From a virus (Duplodnaviria > Caudoviricetes), in the IMG/VR virus record IMGVR_UViG_3300033463_000023, positions 80,189 to 144,188 of that record: 64,000 bases of DNA. The stretch is one strand, 5' to 3'. Below, in pieces: positions 18,977 through 27,527 of this stretch. A model generated the notes under the pieces. The model ran no database searches and was not told the DNA's origin. It was given only the letters and a program-made list of their open reading frames with translations. The translations under genes and the position numbers were made by a program. Numbering within the stretch: position 1 is the first letter of the stretch; every line of letters begins with the position of its first letter.

Positions 18977-19567
18977 TCAAGGAGAATCCGTGTCATCCGT
19001 ATAATCCGTGTTCGTATTCTCCGTCGCTGCCGACATGTTCCTGACAATGCACTCGGCCAGGCAGTGCTGCCAGCGTCTCAGCAGCTCGCCGCCCTCGCGC
19101 TCGGCGACGGACTGGCGCTTGTATAGCTCCGCCTCCATCTCCCCCACCTGCCCGACGTACAGCTCCTTCGGCAGCGCCAGCTGCTCCTCGCAGTAGGCCA
19201 GGTAGCGCAGCGCCGCCCGCGCCTCGGCCTCGCGGGTCTCGCGGATCCTCTCGGAGAGCCGGCGGTAGTACTCCGCGCCGCGGACCTGCTCCTGTCCCGC
19301 AGGGTTGTTCTTGCGTCCCGCGGAAATTGCAGAAACCGCAGAAACGTTGCCGCCGTCGCCGGAGTCGGCCTTTCCCTTGTTTCCTTTCTTGCTGCGGGGC
19401 TTGTTGTCTCCGGCGAGCGATTCCAGCAGCGCCTGCGCCGCCAGCTCCGCGTCGTCGGGCTCAGGGGTCATCGCCGTCCTGACGCCCGCGACCCTCAGCG
19501 GCTCCGGCCCGCGCCGGCCGCGGTCCCGGAACACCCTCCCGATGATCGTCTGCCTGATGAGATCCAT
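18977..19567 (-). CDS. hypothetical protein, first gene of leftward early operon
   Basis: 196 aa; TATCTTTG promoter about 20 bp upstream. Confidence 0.7.
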   Translation of the reverse strand: MDLIRQTIIGRVFRDRGRRGPEPLRVAGVRTAMTPEPDDAELAAQALLESLAGDNKPRSKKGNKGKADSGDGGNVSAVSAISAGRKNNPAGQEQVRGAEYYRRLSERIRETREAEARAALRYLAYCEEQLALPKELYVGQVGEMEAELYKRQSVAEREGGELLRRWQHCLAECIVRNMSAATENTNTDYTDDTDSP

Positions 19568-19587
19568 ACCGTCGTCGCTTTCGGCGA

Positions 19588-19679
19588 CAAAGATAATACT
19601 TTTCTCGGAACTATTTGCACTTCTTTTCGGATTTTTAACATAAAAAACTTGTTGGATTCCGAAAAACGCCGTACCTTTG
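19588..19679. promoter_or_regulatory. divergent early promoters
   Basis: TATCTTTG (-) at 19588-19595 and TACCTTTG (+) at 19672-19679. Confidence 0.7.
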
Positions 19680-19683
19680 CACC

Positions 19684-19911
19684 GTCAGAACCGCAAGAGG
19701 GGCATAACAGGAAATCTTCATTTCGCAGCGGCGGCCCCACGGCAGCACCGTAGGAAGCCCGCCCGCAGCGACAAGCCCAAACAGCCGGCGGCAACCGGGT
19801 CGGACTACAGGAAACTCCCCGGAGGCGTTCACTCTCTTGCGAGGCCTTGACAGCCCGAAGTGCCGCCGCCTTTTTATTATAATAATGTATTAACGTCAAA
19901 AAGCAAGAGAG
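19684..19911 (+). ncRNA. structured leader/attenuator RNA, C4/CI-like architecture
   Basis: 19832-19851 is complementary to both 19684-19701 and 19895-19911; 19784-19800 pairs with 19853-19869, then a T-run. Confidence 0.5.
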
Positions 19912-19913
19912 AC

Positions 19914-20177
19914 ATGGATCAGGAACAGGAAAGAGAACAGGCCGTCCGCAGCATCGCGGACATGCTGAGACGCAGCCCATTCACCTTCGAGTTCAAGGTG
20001 AGTAAGAGGCCGCAGGGCATCAGGGTCATCTACGAGGTGACGCAGGAGGAGATGGACGGCCTTCGCGGCCCGGGCCGCGAAGGAGAAAGGACAGGGTTAG
20101 TTCACGTTATTAACATTCAGAAGCAACAAGGATTATGGCAACAGACAACGGAGGGGGCCGGATGGCTCGGCAGGTAA
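19914..20177 (+). CDS. hypothetical protein
   Basis: ATG 19914 (MDQEQER) follows the structured leader. Confidence 0.6.
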   Translation: MDQEQEREQAVRSIADMLRRSPFTFEFKVSKRPQGIRVIYEVTQEEMDGLRGPGREGERTGLVHVINIQKQQGLWQQTTEGAGWLGR

Positions 20178-20788
20178 GGCAGGAGTCGGAGTTCATAAAG
20201 CGCATCGAGGACTTCGCCAGGTACATGGCGCCGGAGTACATCACGGACGGCGACAACCCGCGCTCGCTGATGATCATCGCCGGGGACTGCCTCGACGCGA
20301 AGGAGGGCCGCCACGCCATGGCCCACATCATGGTGGGCAGCGACCGCGTGGTCCGCTGCGCCCTGCGGTCGATGATGGAGGACTGCGGCGCGTTCGCCGC
20401 GCTGGTGCATGAGCTGTGCGACGACGACGGCGGCGGCCGCTCGGTGGCCGACCTGGACGAGGAGATAGGCCGCAGGCAGAAGCGGATGACACGCTCGCTG
20501 TGGGCGGCCGTTGGGATCGCCACGTGGTCGGGAGTGCTCATAGTCCTGTCGGTGGCGGGCCTGGCCCACTGGCTGACCACAGTGTCGAGCCTGCTGCTGA
20601 TGGCGTTCACGGGAATGCTCATCGGCCGTGATGTCAGGTCGCTGCGCGCCGACATAGAGAAGCTGCGCCAGCAGCGCAAGCGCGCCGCCGGACGGCAGAG
20701 GATCGTGAACGGCATATCCAAGTTCGCCGAGTTCCTGCGCCAGATGCGGGCATCGCTGGAGGAAGACGCCGGAGACGACGAGGATTAA
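20135..20788 (+). CDS. two-TM membrane protein with coiled coil
   Basis: Hydrophobic SLWAAVGIATWSGVLIVLSVAG and TTVSSLLLMAFTGMLIG segments. Confidence 0.75.
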   Translation: MATDNGGGRMARQVRQESEFIKRIEDFARYMAPEYITDGDNPRSLMIIAGDCLDAKEGRHAMAHIMVGSDRVVRCALRSMMEDCGAFAALVHELCDDDGGGRSVADLDEEIGRRQKRMTRSLWAAVGIATWSGVLIVLSVAGLAHWLTTVSSLLLMAFTGMLIGRDVRSLRADIEKLRQQRKRAAGRQRIVNGISKFAEFLRQMRASLEEDAGDDED

Positions 20789-20841
20789 TGAAAGATTTAT
20801 GGTCATTCATGGTAATTCATGTTTAAGATAAAATAAGGACT

Positions 20842-21627
20842 ATGCTGATAATGATAACGGACCGCTGCCACATGGGCTGCAAGCACTGCATGCAGGACTC
20901 CACGCCCCACGGCAGGCACATGACGGAGGACACGTTCGAGGAGGTGCTGGAGTTCTGCCGGGAGGCGAAGCCCCTGGTGGTGAGCGTGACGGGCGGGGAG
21001 CCGACGGAGAACCCGCTGTGGGCCGCGATGGCGCGCGCCCTGCTCGGGATAAGGACGGTGGCGCTGGTGAACATACTGACCAACGGCGCGTGGATCGAGG
21101 ACGGCGCCGAGCGGCGGAAGATGGCCCGCCTCATTCGCGAGGCAAAGGGGCGTCTGAAGGTGCAGGTGTACTCGAACCCGAAGTACTACCAGGACCATGC
21201 CTGGACGGTGGAGCACGGGGCGCAGTTCCGCAGCATCGGCTGCATCACCGACTTCGACGACCCGATCTTCATGCAGGACCTGGGACGCGCCCGGGAGAAC
21301 TGCAGGGAGGAGACGGAGGCGAGCGACCACGTGCCGAGCTGCATCAACTCCCACCTGATAGCCGTGCAGGCCCGCTCGCTGCCGCACTTCCTCTCGATGG
21401 CGGCGCAGGCGGCGAAGTTCTGCCGCCCGCTGATAGACCCCGAGGGCGGCATCCACATGTCAGAGTCCAGGCTGTGCCCGACGGTGGCGCACGTCAGCGA
21501 CGGTGTGGACGAGGCGTTCCGCAAGATGCGGGCCTCCCGCCCCTGCAAGGGCTGCAGGCTGTACAGGAACTTCGAGCAGCTGCACGCCGAGGAGATGAAG
21601 GTGCTGGACAGGCCGGTGGCGAACTAA
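20842..21627 (+). CDS. radical SAM protein
   Basis: CHMGCKHC (CX3CX2C), TGGEP and LTNG motifs; extra C-terminal cysteines (CKGC). Confidence 0.9.
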   Translation: MLIMITDRCHMGCKHCMQDSTPHGRHMTEDTFEEVLEFCREAKPLVVSVTGGEPTENPLWAAMARALLGIRTVALVNILTNGAWIEDGAERRKMARLIREAKGRLKVQVYSNPKYYQDHAWTVEHGAQFRSIGCITDFDDPIFMQDLGRARENCREETEASDHVPSCINSHLIAVQARSLPHFLSMAAQAAKFCRPLIDPEGGIHMSESRLCPTVAHVSDGVDEAFRKMRASRPCKGCRLYRNFEQLHAEEMKVLDRPVAN

Positions 21628-21640
21628 AGGAGTTTGACGA

Positions 21641-22146
21641 ATGGTAAGCAAGCCTATTCTCGATGCCTGCTGCGGCGGGAAGATGTTCTACTTCGACAAG
21701 GACGACCCGCGCGTGCTGTTCATGGACTGCCGTAGGACGGAGGCCCAGCTGAAGGACCGTGGAAAACTGCGTCGGTTCGAGGTAAAGCCGGACGTAGTGG
21801 GCGACTTCACGCGGATGGAGTTTGCTGACGGATCGTTCAGGATGGTTGTGTTCGACCCCCCCCCCATTTGAAGTACACCGGCTCGAAGAAGGAGGCCGAG
21901 AACTGGCAGATGGTGAAGTACGGCTGGCTGCCCGCCCACGGCTGGCAGGAGATACTGCGGAAGGGGTTCGCCGAGTGCTTCCGCGTGCTGGAACCAGGAG
22001 GTATCCTGATCTTCAAGTGGAACGAGACGGACATCAAGGTTTCGGAAATCCTCAGCCTCACGCCGCACAAGCCCGTCTTCGGACACATCAGCGGCAAGCG
22101 GGCGAACACGCACTGGATATGTTTTATGAAGGAACTAAAGGATTAA
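21641..22146 (+). pseudogene. class I SAM-dependent (amino-DNA) methyltransferase, frameshifted at a C10 tract
   Basis: ILDACCG and VVFDPP in one frame; HLKY..KYG..ECFRVLEPGGILIFKW continues in another; C run at 21856-21865. Confidence 0.85.
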
Positions 22147-22150
22147 GGAT

Positions 22151-22516
22151 ATGACAAAGAATGAAGTAAAGAAGCTGGTGCCGGACGTATGCGTGCAGCA
22201 GCTAACACTAACCGACGACAACTGGTCGGCAAAGGCTCTTAATGAGAAAGCAAAAAATCTGGCAGACGGCCTGAGCACAGGGCTTATTTGCTGGGACTGG
22301 GACGGTTGCAAGAACCGTCTGAACGTGTTTACGTCCCTTGCCTTCAAGGATTTTCTTGACGCAGCGAAACCTGGGGCGAAACTCACCAACCGCCGCGGCA
22401 AGGAGTTTGTGATCACGGGTGAGCCTTATCTCGACAACTGCCGCATGTGTGTACCGACGGAATGCGGCATCTGGTTCTGCGAGAACATCTATGACCCTGA
22501 TCAGAGTTACAAGTAA
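22151..22516 (+). CDS. hypothetical protein
   Basis: 121-aa ORF, tightly packed in the operon. Confidence 0.7.
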   Translation: MTKNEVKKLVPDVCVQQLTLTDDNWSAKALNEKAKNLADGLSTGLICWDWDGCKNRLNVFTSLAFKDFLDAAKPGAKLTNRRGKEFVITGEPYLDNCRMCVPTECGIWFCENIYDPDQSYK

Positions 22517-22530
22517 GAGACGGATGACGT

Positions 22531-22704
22531 ATGGTGACGATGCTGGTCATACTTATCTTCCTGCAGGCCTGTCAGCTGATACTGACGCTTGTAATAGCCG
22601 TAGATTTCGGGGCGAAGATCGACAAGATAATGTTTGTACTCAGGATCCCCGGGAATGCTATACAAAGAACTATCGACGAACGGACCAAGAAAGGAAAGGA
22701 CTGA
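22531..22704 (+). CDS. small membrane protein
   Basis: 57-aa ORF read by eye (MVTMLVILIFLQACQLILTLVIAV...); fills the gap between neighbours. Confidence 0.5.
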   Translation: MVTMLVILIFLQACQLILTLVIAVDFGAKIDKIMFVLRIPGNAIQRTIDERTKKGKD

Positions 22705-22707
22705 ACG

Positions 22708-22893
22708 ATGGCTACGATACGGGATTCGGCATTCGACTACTCCATGCAGAGGGGCCACGGCAAGAAGGCCTACGAGAACTTCTACGCCGGCGCAAAGGCC
22801 GTCATTGAAGAAATCGCTGCGGCATACAATGTCGGCGGCATCGATGCAATGGTCGACCGCATCAACAGTTATGTCGAGGAACTTAAACACTAA
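22708..22893 (+). CDS. hypothetical protein
   Basis: 61-aa ORF in the operon. Confidence 0.6.
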   Translation: MATIRDSAFDYSMQRGHGKKAYENFYAGAKAVIEEIAAAYNVGGIDAMVDRINSYVEELKH

Positions 22894-22941
22894 GTGATAT
22901 ATGGACGCAGGAAAAGGACGAAACAATAAACTCAAAAGAAT

Positions 22942-23265
22942 ATGGCAAACGTACAACCGACAACTGAGGACATAATGAAGTCTATCCCACTGACACCGGC
23001 GGTCATTGCGAAATTCACGGACTTTCTCGTGAACCCCGAGAAGTATAACTGTACATACAAGCCACTGAAGGAGTGCTTCGTGGAGGGCGACCACTACGAA
23101 CCGCAGCACCTGCTCTACCAGCAGTACGTGGACTACATCAAGAAGCCGCTTCCGAAGGTGGTGTTCTACATCATCATGCAGGAGCAGTTCCCTGAACATT
23201 TCGGCAAGGACGACCGTGAAGGCACGCGTCACGACTTCGGGTATAAACTGAAATTAAACGTATAG
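22942..23265 (+). CDS. hypothetical protein
   Basis: 107-aa ORF. Confidence 0.65.
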   Translation: MANVQPTTEDIMKSIPLTPAVIAKFTDFLVNPEKYNCTYKPLKECFVEGDHYEPQHLLYQQYVDYIKKPLPKVVFYIIMQEQFPEHFGKDDREGTRHDFGYKLKLNV

Positions 23266-23269
23266 CGAC

Positions 23270-23986
23270 ATGAAACTGAAACGAATTACATTCACCGGCG
23301 TAGACGCCAGGACGGACATCCAGGACCTGGTGGACATCCAGCGCGAGTACCCGATAGCGGAGTTCGGCGTGCTGACCAGCTACCACTGGTACGAGAACGG
23401 CAACCGCTACCTCGCCCCCATGCTGGTGAAGAGCCTGCCGGGAAGGGACTTGAGCCTCGCGCTGCACGTCTGCGGGTCGGCGGCCCACGACGCCGCCGTC
23501 GGTGACTGGGAGAAGATAGACAGACACCTGCTCGGGACGCTCGACATGTTCCGCCGCATACAGCTGAACGTTTCCAACCGGCTGGACAACCCGGCGGTCC
23601 TCAGTGCCCCGCCCTACCTGCAGCAGCTGATAGTGCAGCAGCGCAGCCGCCACAACCTCGAGCTGTACAGCAGGACCTTCGACGCCCTGCACGGTTCCCC
23701 GAACTGCTATGTGTCTGTACTGCTTGACGCATCCGGCGGACAGGGTATCGACACACCCCTGGAGGTGTTGCCGACACCCAGGATGGTGGGATATGCCGGC
23801 GGCTTCAATCCCGACAACGTGGCTGACAAGCTGGTGTTCCTCCTGCAGAACGTCCCCCGTGGCGGCAGGTTCTGGATCGACATGGAGAGCGGCGTCAGGA
23901 CGGACGACTGGTTCGACACCGCCAAGGTGCGCCGCGTGCTCGCCACCTGCAGGGAGGTGGTCAGGGGACTTGGAATCGAGGAGTGA
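23270..23986 (+). CDS. phosphoribosylanthranilate isomerase (TrpF)-like TIM-barrel protein
   Basis: LLDASGGQG, GYAGGFNPDNV and WIDMESGVR match the C-terminal phosphate-binding motifs of TrpF. Confidence 0.7.
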   Translation: MKLKRITFTGVDARTDIQDLVDIQREYPIAEFGVLTSYHWYENGNRYLAPMLVKSLPGRDLSLALHVCGSAAHDAAVGDWEKIDRHLLGTLDMFRRIQLNVSNRLDNPAVLSAPPYLQQLIVQQRSRHNLELYSRTFDALHGSPNCYVSVLLDASGGQGIDTPLEVLPTPRMVGYAGGFNPDNVADKLVFLLQNVPRGGRFWIDMESGVRTDDWFDTAKVRRVLATCREVVRGLGIEE

Positions 23987-23988
23987 TC

Positions 23989-24186
23989 ATGGCAGAGTTC
24001 AGTTATTTAAACAAACTCCAAGAGGCTTTATGGGCACTCGAAAACGCTGACTACAGCGAAAGAGGGAACCGTGAAGACCTCCGCCGCGCTACCATCCAGG
24101 ATTTTCGGAGGCAGGTGGATGTAATATATCGGTTGTGTGACGACGCAAAATCGGCACAAATGTTAATGTCTAAAAGAAATAGGTAA
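23989..24186 (+). CDS. hypothetical protein
   Basis: 65-aa ORF. Confidence 0.6.
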   Translation: MAEFSYLNKLQEALWALENADYSERGNREDLRRATIQDFRRQVDVIYRLCDDAKSAQMLMSKRNR

Positions 24187-24187
24187 T

Positions 24188-24394
24188 ATGGCTACGAAGT
24201 TTGCAGGAAACGGACTGAGCCGCACGGCGATGATATTCAGGATCGCGGCAATGGGGGGGGTAGAACTGACCATTCCGATGCTGAACAAAATCAAGGACGT
24301 CAATCCCCGATCGCTGGAGCGAGTCTACGACGAGGTGCTGCGCGTCGGCGATGCCGGCAACGCCCGCTTCGCACTGAGGCTGATATTGAAATGA
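24188..24394 (+). CDS. hypothetical protein
   Basis: 68-aa ORF. Confidence 0.6.
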   Translation: MATKFAGNGLSRTAMIFRIAAMGGVELTIPMLNKIKDVNPRSLERVYDEVLRVGDAGNARFALRLILK

Positions 24395-24419
24395 ACAAGG
24401 ATTAAAAGGATTAAAGGAT

Positions 24420-24563
24420 ATGGCAAAGACAATGGAGCAGATTAAGGCGTCAGGCCTTGCGATGGACATACAGGAGTTCACTTCCGAACGACCGGAATGC
24501 AACGACATGACGGTGGAGGACTTCGTGTACTATCTGCTTGACTTCAGCCGTGGGATCAAATAA
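24420..24563 (+). CDS. small hypothetical protein
   Basis: 47-aa ORF (MAKTMEQIK...) read by eye; fills the gap. Confidence 0.5.
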   Translation: MAKTMEQIKASGLAMDIQEFTSERPECNDMTVEDFVYYLLDFSRGIK

Positions 24564-24571
24564 TACTGAGT

Positions 24572-25036
24572 ATGAAGGCAAAGGAACTGATGATAGGAGA
24601 CATCGTCCGCGTCGGCAAAGACGTGTCCATCAAGAAAGGCACTATCGTCGAGATACGCGGCATCGACGACGACATGGTGTTCCCAGAAATGGGACTGAAG
24701 GGCTGCGCGGCGTGCGTGCCCATAGGCGACCCGGACGGCGTGTCCGGCGGCGTGTGGCTGGACTACCTGGAGCCGTTGCCGCTGACGAAGGAGATACTGG
24801 AGCGGAACGGATTCGTGGCCGGAGACAGCGGCAGAGAGTACCTGGGATATCTGAAGTACTATCTTTTTAACGACAGAAACCGCTGCAGATTAGCATTGAA
24901 GTGGTATATAAAGGAGAACTTGTGTGAGATGTCGCTTGAAGAAGCCCCTTTCTGGATAATCATCAAGTTCGTCCATCAGCTGCAGCACGTCCTGCTTTCG
25001 TGCGAAATAGATAAGGAAATAAAGTTGGAGGACTGA
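24572..25036 (+). CDS. hypothetical phage protein (MKAKELMIGD family)
   Basis: Paralog of 18147..18578. Confidence 0.75.
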   Translation: MKAKELMIGDIVRVGKDVSIKKGTIVEIRGIDDDMVFPEMGLKGCAACVPIGDPDGVSGGVWLDYLEPLPLTKEILERNGFVAGDSGREYLGYLKYYLFNDRNRCRLALKWYIKENLCEMSLEEAPFWIIIKFVHQLQHVLLSCEIDKEIKLED

Positions 25037-25038
25037 CT

Positions 25039-25248
25039 ATGTCAAAAGTATTGTATATGAAAATCGTGGCGGGGCACAGTTACACCGCACTGAAAGACTT
25101 GAACAATCCCCGGAAGGGGCGCGCCTTTACAAAGGGCAAGACTTACACGGCGGTGAAGAACGACGCCTTGAGCGGCGACGACGGAGAGAGCTACGGATTT
25201 CCGCCGCATTCCAGACTGCTGGATTTCTTCAAGGAGGACAGCGTATGA
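25039..25248 (+). CDS. hypothetical protein
   Basis: 69-aa ORF, ATGA-coupled to the next gene. Confidence 0.6.
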   Translation: MSKVLYMKIVAGHSYTALKDLNNPRKGRAFTKGKTYTAVKNDALSGDDGESYGFPPHSRLLDFFKEDSV

Positions 25249-25520
25249 ACAAAAGACAAATTGAACTGTGGGCTAAAGGCCGTTTGTTTGAAGTCATGAA
25301 CGGGATAGGAGCGCAGGATGCTAAAAGCGTTCTTACAGACCTCCTTGACTTTTTGGGATCCAATTCGGAATATGACTACCTGATGGTAGAGGCAGAAGTT
25401 GTCGATGACAGCTTTGGTCAGCAAGTAGGAGAAGTACCTGCTATCCGATACGATGTGCAGCCAGAGGACAATTTAGAAATTGGCGACAAGGTAAAACTGA
25501 TAATAATCAAGGAGGACTGA
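25245..25520 (+). CDS. hypothetical protein
   Basis: 91-aa ORF. Confidence 0.6.
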   Translation: MNKRQIELWAKGRLFEVMNGIGAQDAKSVLTDLLDFLGSNSEYDYLMVEAEVVDDSFGQQVGEVPAIRYDVQPEDNLEIGDKVKLIIIKED

Positions 25521-25523
25521 GCG

Positions 25524-26096
25524 ATGAGAGGAAAGATCTGGAACTTCATCAGGCCATGTGACCCGGAGAAGGTGATACGGTTCGAGAACACGACGGGCGA
25601 GACGTTCGGCGCCATGTACAAGGCAAAGGCATGGCTCAACGCCCACGGCTACGTCTACGGCTCTACGGACCTGAGCCCGTACCTGCCGGCGATGAAGGGC
25701 AGCCGATACACGCTGCCGCAGAAGCTCCACAACTTCGAGCTCGACGACTACCTGCGGGTGACGGCCGTGCTCTACTCGCACGACTACCGCGACGGCTGGG
25801 TGGAGGTGTGGCTCGTGGAGCCGATGTACGTCCTCGACCTCGTGGTGACGTACCGCTGGTACGACATGATCCTGAGCGGCGAGAAGCGCGAGGAGTACCG
25901 CGATATCCAGAAGTGGCGCCGTCGCATCGTCGGCAAGCCGTACACCCACGTCCGTTTCCGCCGCGGCTACACCTCGACATGCCAGATCCTGAGCGTCGAC
26001 GAGATAACGACCGGAATCGGCCGCGAGGACTGGGGAGCACCGCAGGACAGGAAGGTACTCATCATCAAGCTCGGCGAAAGGTATGGAAAAAGGTAA
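25524..26096 (+). CDS. ASCH-domain protein with extra N-terminal domain
   Basis: WYDMILSGEKREEYR is the ASCH GxKxxExR motif. Confidence 0.75.
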   Translation: MRGKIWNFIRPCDPEKVIRFENTTGETFGAMYKAKAWLNAHGYVYGSTDLSPYLPAMKGSRYTLPQKLHNFELDDYLRVTAVLYSHDYRDGWVEVWLVEPMYVLDLVVTYRWYDMILSGEKREEYRDIQKWRRRIVGKPYTHVRFRRGYTSTCQILSVDEITTGIGREDWGAPQDRKVLIIKLGERYGKR

Positions 26097-26109
26097 CTTA
26101 ATAAAATAA

Positions 26110-26271
26110 ATGATTATGATTTACGCAAGGATTATCGGCTCGATAGTGAGCGTCATGGTGCTGTTCTACTACGTTTTCGTAGTGCTGCAGTGCTGGGGGC
26201 TGATACGCTTCTCGCACGAGAAGATCACGTTCCCGAAGGTGTTGATACCATTCTATTACTTTTTCAAATAA
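26110..26271 (+). CDS. small membrane protein upstream of SPFH gene
   Basis: 53-aa hydrophobic ORF (MIMIYARIIGSIVSVMVLFYYVFVVLQ...LIPFYYFFK). Confidence 0.65.
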   Translation: MIMIYARIIGSIVSVMVLFYYVFVVLQCWGLIRFSHEKITFPKVLIPFYYFFK

Positions 26272-26285
26272 CAATTTAAAAAATT

Positions 26286-27506
26286 ATGATTATGCAAGAA
26301 TTAAAAGTACCTAAGAGTGCCATTATCGGCATCTTCTCGTTAGTGATCATCGTCGCCGTGCTGTTCTTCTTCTCGGGAATGTTCGAGGACTGCGACAAGT
26401 CGAAGATTTACGTCAACCAGTACCCGTTCACTGGAGAGTATGCAGTCTGGACGGACGGCGGACTGCAGAAGCAGCTCTGGGGCAACACCTATGAGTACTC
26501 GAAGACCACGCAGGTGGAGTTCACCGGCGTGGTGAAGAACGAGGACGGCTACGTGGCAGACGGTGAGAACCCTGGCGCCGCCGTGACGTTCAACGACAAG
26601 GGGCGCGGGTTCATCATCGGCTCGCTGCGCGTGGTGCTGCCCATCGACTTCGAGCATATGTCGAAGATTCAGCAGGACTTCGGAAGCGAGCAGGCGCTCA
26701 TCTCGACGCTCGTCCGCCCGACTCTTTACAAGGTAGTGACCTCCTGCGGTCCGCTGATGTCGTCATTGGAGTCCGTGTCCGAGACCCGTACCGACCTTAT
26801 CCAGTACATCACCGACCAGCTGAACAACGGCGTGTACAAGACGAAGATCAAGAAGGTGGAGGTGGTCAACGAGCTGACCGGCGATAGCGACGTGGTGGCC
26901 AAGGCAGAGCTGATCACCGACGCCAATGCACCCGGCGGCTTCAAGCGCCAGGAGGTGTCCCCGTTCTCGCAGTACGGCATCACCTGTAACCTCGTAAGCA
27001 TCACCGACATCAAGTACGACAAGGCCACACAGGACCAGATCGACGCTCAGAAGGGTGCGAACCTCGCCGTCATCACCTCGAAGACCAAATCACTCGAGGC
27101 CATCCAGAAGACCATCCTCGTGACCGAGCAGGGCAAGCAGGCCGCCGAGACCGCCAAGTGGGAGCAGGAGAAGGAGAAGGCACGCGCCGTGACCAAGGCG
27201 CAGCAGGAGTATGAGGTGGCGAAGCTCGAGGCCGAGAAGGCCGAGCAGGTGGCCCGCAAGGTGAAGGCCGAGGGCGAGGCAAAGGCCGCTGCAAACCGTG
27301 CGCTTGTTGCCGCTGGTCTTACGCCGTTGGAGAAGGCTACCATCGAGAAGGAGACCGCCATCGGCGTGGCACAGGCCCTGGCCAACTCCAACGTGCAGTG
27401 GGTGCCGTCCATCATGATCGGCGGATCCGGCTCCAGCAACAGCAACGCCATGGACGCCGTCGGCCTGAACATGATGATGGACATCGTGAAGAAAATGAAC
27501 AAGTAG
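26286..27506 (+). CDS. SPFH/band-7 domain membrane protein
   Basis: N-terminal TM helix, band-7-like core, long Ala/Glu/Lys coiled coil. Confidence 0.75.
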   Translation: MIMQELKVPKSAIIGIFSLVIIVAVLFFFSGMFEDCDKSKIYVNQYPFTGEYAVWTDGGLQKQLWGNTYEYSKTTQVEFTGVVKNEDGYVADGENPGAAVTFNDKGRGFIIGSLRVVLPIDFEHMSKIQQDFGSEQALISTLVRPTLYKVVTSCGPLMSSLESVSETRTDLIQYITDQLNNGVYKTKIKKVEVVNELTGDSDVVAKAELITDANAPGGFKRQEVSPFSQYGITCNLVSITDIKYDKATQDQIDAQKGANLAVITSKTKSLEAIQKTILVTEQGKQAAETAKWEQEKEKARAVTKAQQEYEVAKLEAEKAEQVARKVKAEGEAKAAANRALVAAGLTPLEKATIEKETAIGVAQALANSNVQWVPSIMIGGSGSSNSNAMDAVGLNMMMDIVKKMNK

Positions 27507-27527
27507 CTTGGTGTAAAATGGGTGAAT

